Part shown: positions 48,901 to 59,500 of the stretch, one piece after another | How the letters are laid out: every line of letters begins with the position of its first letter | How positions within the stretch are numbered: position 1 is the stretch's first letter | Origin: Myxococcales bacterium | Lineage (GTDB): Bacteria; Myxococcota_A; UBA9042; JABWCM01 | Assembly: GCA_013360285.1 (NCBI GenBank) | Contig: JABWCM010000005.1 | Span: 2,149 to 66,148, forward strand | Direction: 5' to 3' | Length of the DNA stretch: 64,000 nucleotides | The notes under the pieces: model-generated | Seen by the model: the letters and a program-made list of their open reading frames with translations, nothing else | What the model was told of the DNA's origin: nothing | The model's database searches: none | Program-made: the position numbers and the translations under genes

Positions 48901-50184
48901 TGTCGGCAACGAATTCTGGCACAGGGCTGTTTTTTCGGCCGGCGTGAGCGCTGGGTCCGGAAATCCACCGGTTGCCGCGTCGATCGCTGAAATGGCCGAC
49001 GATGTGGCAAATTGATCGGGGGCGAGGCCTTGTAGGGTTTCCGAATCGGTGGAGTCCCACACCGGACTATAATGATGGCCGTCAACTGTGTCGGCGTCTT
49101 TGGACCAGCCTACGGTCAGCGCGTCGGAAATCTGACCGTCCGACATGCTGCCACCGATGGAACCGAAGGTTGTGTTGTTGGTGTCGTTGGCGCAGTTCCA
49201 TGCCCCAGCAGACCACTTCAACAACTGGCCGGTCGTACACGGCTTCAGACCAAGCGCGTTGCCGGACAACTGCATGCCGCCGCTGGCGCTCACCGTATAA
49301 ACATTGCCGACCGGTGCGCATACCGCTGTTCCGTCGGAATTGATGGTGCGCATCGCTTGACCGCTGGGACATTCGGTGCCCACACGCCGTTGGAATTGCG
49401 CCACGTCAACATAAAACCCGGCACCTTGAGCGTAGAGCCCGATGCCTGGATAGTACAGATACTCCGTGGAGTCATCCGTTCCGTCGGCGATGGTCCCCGG
49501 AATGTTTCCGACGTCGTTCCAATTCAACGAGGTCAGCGGTGCCGCCGGGTCGATTTCTTGCCACGACGCACCGTCGCAGTACTCGAGGAGTTTCGAGGCG
49601 GATACGTACCGAACAACGCCGGCGTTGTCCATGTCACAGTCGGTGTCGCCCCAGCCGATTTTGGCGCCTGCGTTGACACTTGCGCTTCCGCTGGCAGTGA
49701 CCGCTTGCACCGTTGCGGAATCTCCCATCTGCAGGAAGTCGGCCGGCATCATGCCGTCGAGTGCCTGTGCGTCGTGGGCTTCTACCGCGAACGGTTGAGA
49801 GCGTAGTCGCTGACGAGGCAGCAACTTATTGCCGTCAATGGTGAATTCAATCCACAAGTCGTTCGATGTCAGCGCATCTGTTCCGAATTGAGGAGTGCCG
49901 CCCGTCAAAACTAGGCTAAATCGACCGTCGGCAACTGGAATGTCTTCCAAGGTCGAGGACATCCATACCAACCCGGTATCTCCCGAAGAAGATGCCACGT
50001 TGAATATACGAACCTGGACCGCTGAAAGTACGCCGGTGTAATCGGCGTCATTCAACTGGAGCCGGCCGAAGTACGGCATTTGTGCCGGTGCGGCGAAAGC
50101 TGGGACAGTGGTTCCGAGCGCAAGCGCTGCGGCTAGGACATAAAGGTAAGGATTGCGACTACCGCGCTTCTTCATCTGCATCAC
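45928..50184 (-). CDS. Giant secreted protein (1,418 aa), paralog B of 33260-37504
   Basis: Same architecture as paralog A: signal peptide, VPYTGQL/MPYFGRL N-terminal region, six D.M.T.D.CGGFRQS modules, and a shared C-terminus CGGIDE..WRN......CY...N..SG.P...VSGT...HC.....CCG.SE. Confidence 0.7.
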   Translation of the reverse strand: MMQMKKRGSRNPYLYVLAAALALGTTVPAFAAPAQMPYFGRLQLNDADYTGVLSAVQVRIFNVASSSGDTGLVWMSSTLEDIPVADGRFSLVLTGGTPQFGTDALTSNDLWIEFTIDGNKLLPRQRLRSQPFAVEAHDAQALDGMMPADFLQMGDSATVQAVTASGSASVNAGAKIGWGDTDCDMDNAGVVRYVSASKLLEYCDGASWQEIDPAAPLTSLNWNDVGNIPGTIADGTDDSTEYLYYPGIGLYAQGAGFYVDVAQFQRRVGTECPSGQAMRTINSDGTAVCAPVGNVYTVSASGGMQLSGNALGLKPCTTGQLLKWSAGAWNCANDTNNTTFGSIGGSMSDGQISDALTVGWSKDADTVDGHHYSPVWDSTDSETLQGLAPDQFATSSAISAIDAATGGFPDPALTPAEKTALCQNSLPTKVCKRSVHMAGADPSMDPYSMMLLSGGTWSYNASEDRCEYQGGIETPAPEQCAKDLMPSWMDTTDLCGGFRQSTWDTRVWYAVSKSNVWDPAYNYECPAGFDAMTVEQAKQIFKGANNAGAKTYQNQCGWQSNVWKNQTKTYFRYKDSGKSQYYYKDSTHADGFGLPTSGTLTNFAGMVCISKTPAGPLDWMLTEDLCGGFKQSEFDSRFYYAVARRNVYEYGFNYQCPTGFKWATTAEAYAVFKTTLNQGTVYNGKCGWTGYDMQANGMNRYYFRFKDSFEGLATGAYKHSGNGEMYTVQFDDKTLTEFAGIVCMKEDPTVSPTDWMDTSDYCGGFRQSSWDPNFYFAVSKSTTWNPALDYQCPAGYTWATGAEIDAAFTTSNPSSDQRVYGNQCGWSSTSGQYWNGVQRVYFRIKPDVTGTNRYMNAADADSYRGTTSGATSEFAGIVCKKTGTPAYPPVGTTEWMETSDDCKGFRESTWNARIRFAVSRQNIFKPGYTYTCPTGYHWAASTEVDNLMVGSSTNYYKYHGQCGWSAYNWENRYRQYFFFSDTWNTGDSGTKRYFDAAHAEPTLYSTFGSTPMTSFAGIVCLSNSPPADQTAWMDKTDNCGGFRQSAWDPRVYYAIARNNTWAKNNPETYVCPPGFHWMTTNEANVVFRLGAEYNTANIINEAQRSYRGECGWTTSQDYTVPNNQWHGLLRHYFRFADSNLTLRYKHVDEPEAYITANITDTTSNFAGILCMKDAAAGALDWVDTSDNCGGMRTSSSHPNVLYVVSKSSVWDRDRTYACPAGYKWANSGEVAFNNNPSFPANTYWGECGWSGSNWNPLWQMGCSSYGQAGCGSGTASPSPTMGQIMTAASDFAFGCTQCQNYTSTCQSSGTTSGPDGKCGGIDEPRWRNGQELNDCYWSPNSVSGTPKNIVSGTYGDHCYNGVCCGNSEIQGRTLTRRWFRFADSKTNNTAKDAADNDNQPVENYTGQDQFAGIVCIKL

Positions 50185-50462
50185 CTCGGTGAGCTACAGC
50201 GGTTGGGCTGTCCGATTCAACCCTGGGCACTCTGGCGTGAGTGTTCCGGGCTCGGTGCCTTCCATCTCGCTAGGCGGAGCGAACGTACCACGGGATGTTT
50301 TGGTTTGGAAGAGAGAAAATGGGAGTTACAAAAAAAATTTTTTCCGAGCGGAATTTTCACATCGGTTCGTGGGTTTTGGCCACCTTAAGTCCTTGTTATT
50401 GTGTGAAGATCGCGTGTGTAACTGTTGTTACAAATAAGCGGAATCGGCGGCGTTTGTGATCG

Positions 50463-53400
50463 CTAAAATACCGGGTTGGAGACTACGCAGCGTACGTGAG
50501 CGGACGAGGTTTTCGTGGCGAATCCCGTACCGCCATAATATTGATACGCTACCCACGCCTGTGACGGGAAAACGTCCAAAGTCGTCGACGACCAATACTG
50601 TTTGTTGGCCGCGGATCCGAACACGGTTGTGTCGATTGCGCCGTCGTAAACATTGTTTTGTAATGACGCCAATTCGGAAATCGTTGGCAATCTCCAGAGA
50701 TCGAGGTCAGCATCGGTCAGATTTTCGCAGTGCGATAGTGCATTTGTCCATGAATCGGCCGGACCGGGGTCGGTTTGCCACAATAGATCTGTCCAGGGAT
50801 CGAAGGCCACCGTCGTCTCGGCGATTTTCGCCGTAAAAAAGCGATGCGGAACCGTTTGTGGTTGTCCTTGTCCGTTGACACAAACGATGCCCAGTTTCGC
50901 CGTCTCATCGGAGATTGCAACAAGTCGCCCGTCGTAGGCGTCGACAGTCCACCTCGATCCGGCGAATGCCTGCGTATTGGTCCACAATAAATCCGAAGAA
51001 GATGCGGATGTTGCGGCTGGGTGAACAAGGGCCGGGTCGTGTTTGCCAAAATGTATCAAAGTCCACAATTCGTGCCACGAAGGCACTCTCCACGGCTGTC
51101 CATCAATCAAATCCCCATAATTTGTGCATATTGTTGTTGCCGACGAGTAGGAACCTTTTGCAGTAGATACGGGCGACCAGAAAAGACCGGTCTCATTGTC
51201 GGCCCAAACCTGCCCTGACACGCCGGTTAATGTGAGCTTCTGCATTCGATTTGGCGAAAACCAATCCTCTTCCAGGTTAAGTTGTCCATCCTGGCCGCAA
51301 CCGGGTGTAAGGCCACACTGTTCCGTGGGAGGATTGCATATCAGCACCAAATCCGGTTGCGATGCGGAATAACATTTTTGTTGGCCGGTATCCGGTGGCC
51401 ACGGCATCGCAAACGGAAGCCCATTTGGCTGACCGGCGGGTATCCAGGTGACTCCGGACGGCAGGGGGTGAGGTAAGGCGATACACATCCCCGTGTCACA
51501 AACGCCTGTCGCCGATCCCACTGCCGTACACGGTTGTGCATCCATCGGTTTTGGATTAAACGCGCATTTTCCCGTTTCTGAGTCGCAATTGTCGATTGTG
51601 CATGCCAGACCGTCGTTGCAATTAACCAACGTTGTTCCTGGTACACATTTCCCAACCTTACAACTGTCTCCAACTGTACACGCATTGTTATCCGTACATG
51701 CCCCCAAAATCGGGGTAAATACGCATCCTTTGGTGACAGAGCAGGTATCGGCGGTACACGCTTCGTTGTCGTTGCAAACGGTGGGCGTTCCTGGTTTGCA
51801 TTTGCCGAATTCACAATGATCCGGCGCAGAACACGGATTTCCATCGTCGCAAGAGAGCGACGATTGTGCGGCCACAAAAAAACACCCGAGCAATGGGTCA
51901 CACTCGTCGAAGGTGCACACCTCGTTGTCGTTACAAACAAGTGTGGTCAATGCTTCGCAGGTTCCGTTTTGGCAGCTTTCGGACGTTGTACAGAGGTTGT
52001 TGTCGTCGCACAGCGTGCCGGTGAGTGGTATCGGGGTGGCGCAGCCAGTATCGACATCGCACGGGGTTTCCATACATGGATTGCCGTCGGAACAATCGAG
52101 CGGCGTCCCTCCCGCGCAGATGTTTTCGAAACAAACCGTGTCGGTTGTGCAAGCATCCCCATCGTCGCACGCGGCGCCATTTTCCACCGCAACGTACTCA
52201 CAAACGCCGTTTTTACACGAATCGTTGCTGCAGGGGTTGTCGTCATTGCAATTGACGGATTCTTGGCCTACGCATGCGCCGTTTTTGCAGATATCGCCGG
52301 TTGTACACAAGTCATCGTCGTTGCAGGCTGTGCCCGAGATCTCAACAAAAGTGCAACCACTTGTGGGATCACAACCATTTTCCGTACACTCGTCGCTGTC
52401 CTCACAGGTCTTTGGTTTTCCTCCTGTGCATACCCCATTGTTGCATAAGTCTTCGACCGTACAGGGATTGTTGTCTTCGCAAACCTCGCCATCGACGGCA
52501 ATATAAGAGCATCCCATGGTATCTAAACACGTGTCGGCGGTGCACGGGTTTTGGTCATCGCAGGTTTTGGGTTTGCCGCCGGTGCATTCGCTGTTTTCAC
52601 ATACACCGCCGGCAAGGCACAGCCCGGGACCGTCGCACAATCCACCATTCAGCGGTTCATACGCGCAGCCAACTTCCGGGTCGCATAGGTCTTTTGTGCA
52701 CGGGTTTTCATCATTGCAGTCGAATAACCACGTTCCCATACACAAACCACGTGTACACTTGTCGGATTCGGTGCAAGGTTCGCCATCATCACACGGAACA
52801 CCTGTTATGGCTTCAAATGAACATCCAACTTCAGGTACACACGAATCTTCCGTACAAGGGTTGTTATCTTCACAAATTGTTGGTGTATCTGAGCGACATG
52901 TCCCCTTGTTACACACCTCGTTCGCAGAGCATATATCGCCGTCATCACAGGGCTGCCCCGTCGCCGGAATGGAGACGCAATCGCCTTGCTCATTACATTC
53001 CTCAGTAGTGCAGACGTTGTTGTCGTCACAATCGCTGGGGTCACACGTTGTCGCCGCGTCCCCGGTGGTGTCTTCGTTGTGTGCCGTGTCATCGAACTCG
53101 TCTTCGCCGGTATCATCGGTGCTGTCGGCAACGGTTGCTGTATCGCCTCCGGTGTCGGAAATGAGATCCGAACCTTCCACGTCACCCAGTTGGTCGCCGG
53201 ACTGTGTATCCTCCGGCGTGGTTACGTCCGGATTGGCAACGTCAATCGAGACGTCGTCCTTGATGTTTGTGTCCTCCTCAACGACACATTTGCCGGCGAT
53301 GCAGGTTTCTCCCAATTGGCACCCGGGAGTTAAAGCAACAAATTCTTCTCCCGTGGACGAACATTGATAAGGGTTTCCGTCAATACAACTTTTTTGGTTT

Positions 53401-53534
53401 GGAGTGCACAAATCGTCTTCGACAACAACGGCACATGCGGCGGACATCGTGGTTGTGAACAGAATCAACAACGACATCTGACGGAATTGGGTTACGATTT
53501 TAAACGGATTCCGTTTTACTGACGTTTGCGTCAT
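50463..53534 (-). CDS. Secreted Cys-rich repeat protein (1,023 aa) with two C-terminal DUF1566 (Lcl C-terminal-type) domains
   Basis: Acidic linker, then ~14 CDDxNxCTxDxC-type repeats identical in style to those of the scaffoldin-like protein. The C-terminal DUF1566 motifs are WRVPSWHELWTL...IVCV and WRLPTISELASL...YWSSTTLDVFPSQAWVAYQYYGGTGFATKTSSAHVRCV. Confidence 0.65.
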   Translation of the reverse strand: MTQTSVKRNPFKIVTQFRQMSLLILFTTTMSAACAVVVEDDLCTPNQKSCIDGNPYQCSSTGEEFVALTPGCQLGETCIAGKCVVEEDTNIKDDVSIDVANPDVTTPEDTQSGDQLGDVEGSDLISDTGGDTATVADSTDDTGEDEFDDTAHNEDTTGDAATTCDPSDCDDNNVCTTEECNEQGDCVSIPATGQPCDDGDICSANEVCNKGTCRSDTPTICEDNNPCTEDSCVPEVGCSFEAITGVPCDDGEPCTESDKCTRGLCMGTWLFDCNDENPCTKDLCDPEVGCAYEPLNGGLCDGPGLCLAGGVCENSECTGGKPKTCDDQNPCTADTCLDTMGCSYIAVDGEVCEDNNPCTVEDLCNNGVCTGGKPKTCEDSDECTENGCDPTSGCTFVEISGTACNDDDLCTTGDICKNGACVGQESVNCNDDNPCSNDSCKNGVCEYVAVENGAACDDGDACTTDTVCFENICAGGTPLDCSDGNPCMETPCDVDTGCATPIPLTGTLCDDNNLCTTSESCQNGTCEALTTLVCNDNEVCTFDECDPLLGCFFVAAQSSLSCDDGNPCSAPDHCEFGKCKPGTPTVCNDNEACTADTCSVTKGCVFTPILGACTDNNACTVGDSCKVGKCVPGTTLVNCNDGLACTIDNCDSETGKCAFNPKPMDAQPCTAVGSATGVCDTGMCIALPHPLPSGVTWIPAGQPNGLPFAMPWPPDTGQQKCYSASQPDLVLICNPPTEQCGLTPGCGQDGQLNLEEDWFSPNRMQKLTLTGVSGQVWADNETGLFWSPVSTAKGSYSSATTICTNYGDLIDGQPWRVPSWHELWTLIHFGKHDPALVHPAATSASSSDLLWTNTQAFAGSRWTVDAYDGRLVAISDETAKLGIVCVNGQGQPQTVPHRFFTAKIAETTVAFDPWTDLLWQTDPGPADSWTNALSHCENLTDADLDLWRLPTISELASLQNNVYDGAIDTTVFGSAANKQYWSSTTLDVFPSQAWVAYQYYGGTGFATKTSSAHVRCVVSNPVF

Positions 53535-53569
53535 TGCAGCACCCCGGTTTTTGCGAAAAGAAGCGAAAT

Positions 53570-56314
53570 TTAGGATCGAATGTTGCTGTCTTTACGCAAT
53601 CCCAGCAACGCAGGCAGCACGACCACCGAGGCGATCAAACAAGCTATAACTCCCAACACCAACGTTTGCCCAAGCGATTGTAAGCCGCGGTGTTGGGCCG
53701 CCCCCAGCGCTCCAAATGCGGCCACGGTGGTCAACGACGAAATCGTGATCGCTTTACCCGCGGTTTTCACCAGAAGGTGGGGCGTCACACCTTCACGCAG
53801 CCGATGGACCATGTGTACACCGCTATCCACACCAATGCCTAAAATCAGTGGAATTGCGACAATGTTGGCGAAATTGTAGCCGATACTGAGCAGGTTCATC
53901 AATCCGACCATCCACACCGTACCCACAAAAAGCGGTAAAATGGCGAGTATTGTGTGCCGAATGGTGCGGAAATCGATAAACACAAGCAGAATGATTGCGC
54001 AAATTGCAAGGATTGCCGAACGTTCAAGCCCATCCCTCAGCAGATTGCCCCATGCCAAGTATGTAATGGGCAATCCAGTAATGTCGGGCGCCAGCGGAAC
54101 AACGAATTCCCGGAAGCGCGCCATAAACTGGGGGTCGGCAATGGAGCCTTTTGGGAATACACGTACTGCGAAACGCTGTTCTCCGGTTTCCCGTTTCCGC
54201 CAATAGGTTTGTAATAATTCGTCGGGTAGATCCTGCACCACCATGTGCACCTTGCCCGACCGAATCGTTGTGAGAGCATCGTTCATGATTCCGTCGAGTA
54301 TAACGTCGAACCTGGCCACGTACTTAGATAACGTATCGGAGTCCACTTTTCGAAGTGCTTCAGCGGTTTGTTTACATTCGAGGGCAATCTTTTGGACAAC
54401 CGAAAGAAACCTCTCCTGTTTGTGGACGCGTAATGTTAACGGTAGGTCAAGTTCGGCATAGGCTGCAAGTTTGTCCAATTCGGCAACCAGCGTGTCCGAC
54501 TGATGCGATTTTGGTAGGGAAAACTCGAGTTGCGGGAGTTGATTCAGTTTTTTACTGACCAACGTAAGCAACTGCTCCTTTTCGGGATCCGTCGGCGGCA
54601 GATAAGTTGCGATCGATTCGACGCGCGCCACGAGATCGGGTCGTTTAGACAAAGCTGCCCCCAATTCTTGCGCGTGGGCAACGCTGTCGGTAACAACGGC
54701 TGCAAAATCGGGACTGAACACGTTTTCTTCACGAAGCTGTTGTAATGCCAACAATGCCGGCTCGTCGTCGGGCAACAATTCCGCAACATCGAAACTGAAC
54801 TCAAGTGGGCGAATCAGGGTGCCTATGCCCACTGTAGCGACCACTGCAGTAATCAGAATCCAGCGCTGAGTGGATTTTCGGTTTTTTTGTGTTTTTTCAT
54901 TTGGTGAATTGATCGAAGTGGGATGGGGCAGGTTGGTTGTTCCCTGGCGGTGCCGGAGCGAAAGGCTTACCAGCACGCAAGGTAACAACGTTAAGGCTGC
55001 AGCCAGTACGAACAACAAACCTGCTGCGGACAACAGTCCCAGTTCCACCATCCCCGTGAAATCGCTATACGCTGCGGCCAAGAAAGCGGCGATGGTCGTC
55101 ATTCCTCCTGTAAAGACGCCGATTCCGGTTCCCATCAAGGTTGTCGTAATGGCATCCGTTGCGTCCACACCGTTGGCTCGCTCTTCGCGAAATCGTGCGA
55201 TGATATGGATCGAAAAATCGATACCCAGGCCGACCAGAAAGGAAAAAAACGCCGACGACAACATGTTGATCTGCCCGATTGTCGCTGCGCACAAGCCGAG
55301 CGTAACGATGATTCCTACAACGAGCGGAATCATTGCAATCGCGGTCGTGACTACCGAGCGATAAGCGATCGCGAAGATCAACATCACTAAGATAACCGAA
55401 GCAATACTCGTTCCGATGACATCCCGAATCATAAGCCGCATTTCCGCGGCGATGGTCGCCGGATAACCCGTCACGCCAACCTGCAGCTCAGGGTGCGGAA
55501 TCGAATCAATTGTTTTCAAAATCTCATCGGTAAACGCCCGCAGTGCTTCGGATTGATCGCTGTCGGACGCGGGTTGTACAAACAAAAACACCAACTTTCC
55601 GTCATGGCTGCTAAGATAACCGTGATCATCTACGCCCGCACTGGTCAGTTTTTCCCGGTGGTGTTCCGATACCAATGCCAACTCAGACCAATCCGGAATT
55701 GTCAACGCGTCGCGCAGCACACCAAACGTCTTGGAAACAGCATCGGTTGTTTTGACGATATCCAATTGAATGTCTGCTAAGTGCCCCAGCCCTTCCGTTT
55801 CGCCGTCCTCCAGTTTGGCTAGGTTCTCGTTGAGTCGGCGAATCACGTCGGTCAGCCCAGTTATGACAACTGGGTCTTTGGAATCCCATTTCAGGTCTCC
55901 CAAGGCAGTCGTTAAGTCATAAAAAGACTGCAATGACTCCTTGTCGGCGTATAGCAGCGCAAACGGTTGAAACTGTTTAGGTTCGATGCGATAGATCACC
56001 GCACCGATCGAATCGGTTCGTCTTCGTAACTCATGGGCCAATAAGTCGGCAAACTTACGGTTCTGTTCAGGATTTTCCCCGTCTATCACCACCACGTTGT
56101 TCAATGTGGCGCCAAATTCGCGGCCGAAGGCCCGAAAACGTCTGGAGTCAGGATCGTTTTCGCCGACCATGCCTTGCCGGGACGTGTCGACACCTAACCC
56201 AAACCACGCCAAACAGATCACGGACACGACCATCAGCGCCGCCCATACCACGTAGACCGACCGGCGATGGTGCGTGGCCGATGTCAGCGAGAGTTCAAGT
56301 AGTTTACGTCGCAC
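53570..56314 (-). CDS. MMPL/RND-superfamily exporter (HpnN-like)
   Basis: 914 aa with two repeats of (large periplasmic loop plus 6 TM bundle). Sterol-sensing-domain-like TM cores (GIGVDSGVHMVHRL, LGIDFSIHIIARF). It lies 35 bp upstream of the DUF1566 gene. Confidence 0.7.
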   Translation of the reverse strand: MRRKLLELSLTSATHHRRSVYVVWAALMVVSVICLAWFGLGVDTSRQGMVGENDPDSRRFRAFGREFGATLNNVVVIDGENPEQNRKFADLLAHELRRRTDSIGAVIYRIEPKQFQPFALLYADKESLQSFYDLTTALGDLKWDSKDPVVITGLTDVIRRLNENLAKLEDGETEGLGHLADIQLDIVKTTDAVSKTFGVLRDALTIPDWSELALVSEHHREKLTSAGVDDHGYLSSHDGKLVFLFVQPASDSDQSEALRAFTDEILKTIDSIPHPELQVGVTGYPATIAAEMRLMIRDVIGTSIASVILVMLIFAIAYRSVVTTAIAMIPLVVGIIVTLGLCAATIGQINMLSSAFFSFLVGLGIDFSIHIIARFREERANGVDATDAITTTLMGTGIGVFTGGMTTIAAFLAAAYSDFTGMVELGLLSAAGLLFVLAAALTLLPCVLVSLSLRHRQGTTNLPHPTSINSPNEKTQKNRKSTQRWILITAVVATVGIGTLIRPLEFSFDVAELLPDDEPALLALQQLREENVFSPDFAAVVTDSVAHAQELGAALSKRPDLVARVESIATYLPPTDPEKEQLLTLVSKKLNQLPQLEFSLPKSHQSDTLVAELDKLAAYAELDLPLTLRVHKQERFLSVVQKIALECKQTAEALRKVDSDTLSKYVARFDVILDGIMNDALTTIRSGKVHMVVQDLPDELLQTYWRKRETGEQRFAVRVFPKGSIADPQFMARFREFVVPLAPDITGLPITYLAWGNLLRDGLERSAILAICAIILLVFIDFRTIRHTILAILPLFVGTVWMVGLMNLLSIGYNFANIVAIPLILGIGVDSGVHMVHRLREGVTPHLLVKTAGKAITISSLTTVAAFGALGAAQHRGLQSLGQTLVLGVIACLIASVVVLPALLGLRKDSNIRS

Positions 56315-56580
56315 CTGATTTTCTCCCGTACAAAAGAAGTAGTGGGCGGGGGCTAAAAGCCTGTGCCCGTAGGTTTCTGATGGGTGACGGCGCGGAGATG
56401 CGCCGCCGGCGGCGCACTGTAGTAATTTCGTGGTTAATGAGCAAGAACGGCTGCGGGTTATTGAGTAAACCCACCGACAGACAATGGCTTTTGGAAAACC
56501 AACGGGGCGGTGCTTATGTGTAATTTAACGCTTGGTGGGCCGCGAGAGCAGGGGTACGTCGGTGGGTAATTCCGGCTGAA

Positions 56581-59500
56581 TTATGGGCAGTTACATGCGG
56601 AATCGCAATCGAGTGCCGCTTCCGAGACGCAGATTTCGTCCCAGGTGACTTCACAACAAAAATCGTCGAGAGCACAAACACACGACTGGCAATCCGCATC
56701 GGAACACCCCAGTCCGCCGTTTGCAAAACAACAATCGTTTGCAGCCTCACATCCGCAGTCGGTATCGCAAGCGGTTTGTGCAACCGTCGCACAACTGTCC
56801 GTCCACTCCGTGGTGCAGCAGGTATCGTCGATATCGCACACACACGCGGTACATCCGGTTACCGCGCAGCCCGGGGTTCCGTTCGCCGCGCAACAGTCCC
56901 CTTCCGGAGCCGCGCCGCAGCCGCATGCCGCCGAGCAGTCACCCGCCGCAAACTGCACACACACTTCGTCCCAGCCGACATCACAGCAGAAATCGTCATT
57001 TGTGCACACGCAGCTTTGACATGCGGGTGTTTCGCAACCCGGCTCAATGTGGGGTGCGCAGCAATCACCAGTTGCAAAGACACCAAAACACCCACACAAC
57101 GGTCCACAATCTTCGGCCGCAATCGTTACACACAACTCGTCCCAGGAAACACTGCAGCAAAAGTCGTCGAGTGCACACACGCAGGATTCACATTCGGCGT
57201 CGTCGCACCCAGGCTCCCCTTTCGGTGCACAACAATCCGAATTGGGACACCCACACTCGGTGCAGTTGGATGCGGCTTCCGCAACACACAGACCATCCCA
57301 GGTGACATCGCAGCAGAACGTATCGAGAGCACATACGCAGTCTTGGCAAAGCGGGTTACCACACCCAGGGGTATCCAGTGCCGTGCAACAATCTCCAGCC
57401 CCGAAATCAGGGCAATCACACACATCGTTGCAACCGGCCGATGCCTCCGCGACACACAGGTTGTCCCATCCGGTCGAGCAGCAAAACGGGTCATTACCAC
57501 AGACGCAGGATTGGCAGAGTTCATCTTTGCACCCAGCGGCACCCGTCGGGACACAACAGGAGCCTTCGCCCGGCTGGGAGATACACTGGCACGCATCATT
57601 GCAGTCCAGCGCCGCCTGACTTACACACAGGTTGTCCCACGCGGTGTCACAGCAGAACGGATCTGCAGCGCAGACGCATGCTTCGCACGCCGGTGCATTA
57701 CATCCTGGACCATTGTTGGGTAAACAGCAGTCGCCCGCGTCACACAAACACACCGAGTTGCATTCCAATCCGGCTTCACCTACACAGATGCTGTCCCACG
57801 CCGTGTCGCAACAGAAGCCATCCAGGCCACATACACACGCCTCACAGGCAGGGTTGTTACATCCTGTGTCATCATGGCTGCCACAGCAGTCGTTTGCGGG
57901 GCATCCACAAGCGGAACCACACTGGTCCGAAGCAATCGACACACACAGGCTATCCCATGCGGTACCGCAACAGAACGCATCGGTGCTGCAGACACAATTC
58001 TGGCACGGTAAGTTATCACATCCAGCCGTTGTGTGAGTGAAACAGCAATCCTCTGTGCCGGCGAACGGCTGGCACGAACAGGCTGCGTTACACTCTATTC
58101 CGGCCGTTGCCACACACAGGTTGTCCCAACCCACATCGCAACAGAACGAGTCCAGGTTGCAGACGCATTCCGAACAGTCCGCATCGTCGCAGCCGGCGCT
58201 GCTGTGGGGTTGGCAGCAGTCTTCGCTGTTGCACAAACAGGACGCATTGCAGTCCTCTGACCCGGCAGCGTCAACGCATAACGTATCCCACGCGGTGTCG
58301 CAGCAGAATGTGTCCAATGAACACACACAGTCAGTACATGCCACGTTGTCACAGCCCGGGACAGAGCTTGCGGTACAACAATCACCTGGCGGGCAGGAGC
58401 ATTGGCCAGCACAAGTGGTCTGTGCTTCACCGGCGCAGACGTCGTCCCACATCGTGTCGCAGCAGAAAGAATCCGCGGCGCATACACATGCTTCGCAGTC
58501 GAATGTTCCACACCCCGGGGACCCATTTGCCGAACAACAATCGCCGACACCACACCCACAGAAGTCCGCGCAGTTGTCTTTGGCACTGGCTACACACGCC
58601 GTATCCCAAGCGATACCGCAGCAGAAACCATCCAGGGCACACACACACCCTTCACACGAGTCGTCTTCGCATCCCGGAGAATTGTGGTCATCACAACAGG
58701 GTTGGTTACACAAACAGGGTCCGTCGACGTTCACCACACTGATTTGGCCGCGGAGTTCACCGTTGGGATACAGATCCGAGTGAATGTTGACATACAGGTT
58801 TCCAGCCACGAGTTCCGTGAGCAAAGTCGGCGTCAACAATGCGCTTCCGATTTTCGGCGTGCCGTCGGGTAACGGAATCACCACCGGGCCATTTTCGCCG
58901 GGCGGCGCCTGATGGATATGAGCGGCGATTTCCACGCCATCGAGATCTTTGTACGTGATTACGTAACTTAGCATCATGCCGTTTAATGTGAACGTTGCCG
59001 TTCCGGATCCTCCGGACGGAACCGGTGGATTATGCTGGCTTCCTTGGGGGGTTGCCGTAATGGACTGAGAAACCGCGCACAAACCGGTCGCTACGCTGAC
59101 ACAAAATTCGTCCCACGCCGAATCACAGCAAAACGGGTCGGCATTACACACACACGTTTCGCATTGGAAATTGGTGCATCCACCGATGTCGCTGGTCGAG
59201 CAGCAGTCACTTTGTGCTGGACAATCCAATCCGCACAAGGTTTGGGCTTCGGAAACACAGATCGAGTCCCATGCTTGTTCGCAGCAGAACGGGTCGAGAT
59301 TGCATACGCAGGTTTCCACCGCACTGTCGGAGCAACCGAGGTTGGTCCCGGCATCACAACAATCACCTTTGCACGCTCCAAATTGGCCGGCCAAGGAAGC
59401 ACAAGCACTTCCCCAGGTATCCGTACAGCAGGCGGCGTTAATCGAACACACCAACAACGTGGTCGTGTTGTCCTGGCAGCCGGGTGTTCCGTTGGCGCTG

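Noticed and set aside
46957-49806. Plus-strand ORFs of 248, 140, 167 and 244 aa
   Set aside because: Same as above: antisense to the paralog-B giant gene.
33260-50184. Diversity-generating retroelement targeting the C-type-lectin-like modules
   Set aside because: There is no reverse transcriptase or template-repeat/variable-repeat pair with adenine-specific differences in the window. Module divergence is spread over all codon positions, like ordinary paralogs.
56776-58783. Plus-strand ORFs of 315, 220, 248 and 211 aa rich in H/R/T/P
   Set aside because: Antisense to the Cys-repeat gene. The periodic composition is a mirror of the coding-strand Cys-codon repeats.
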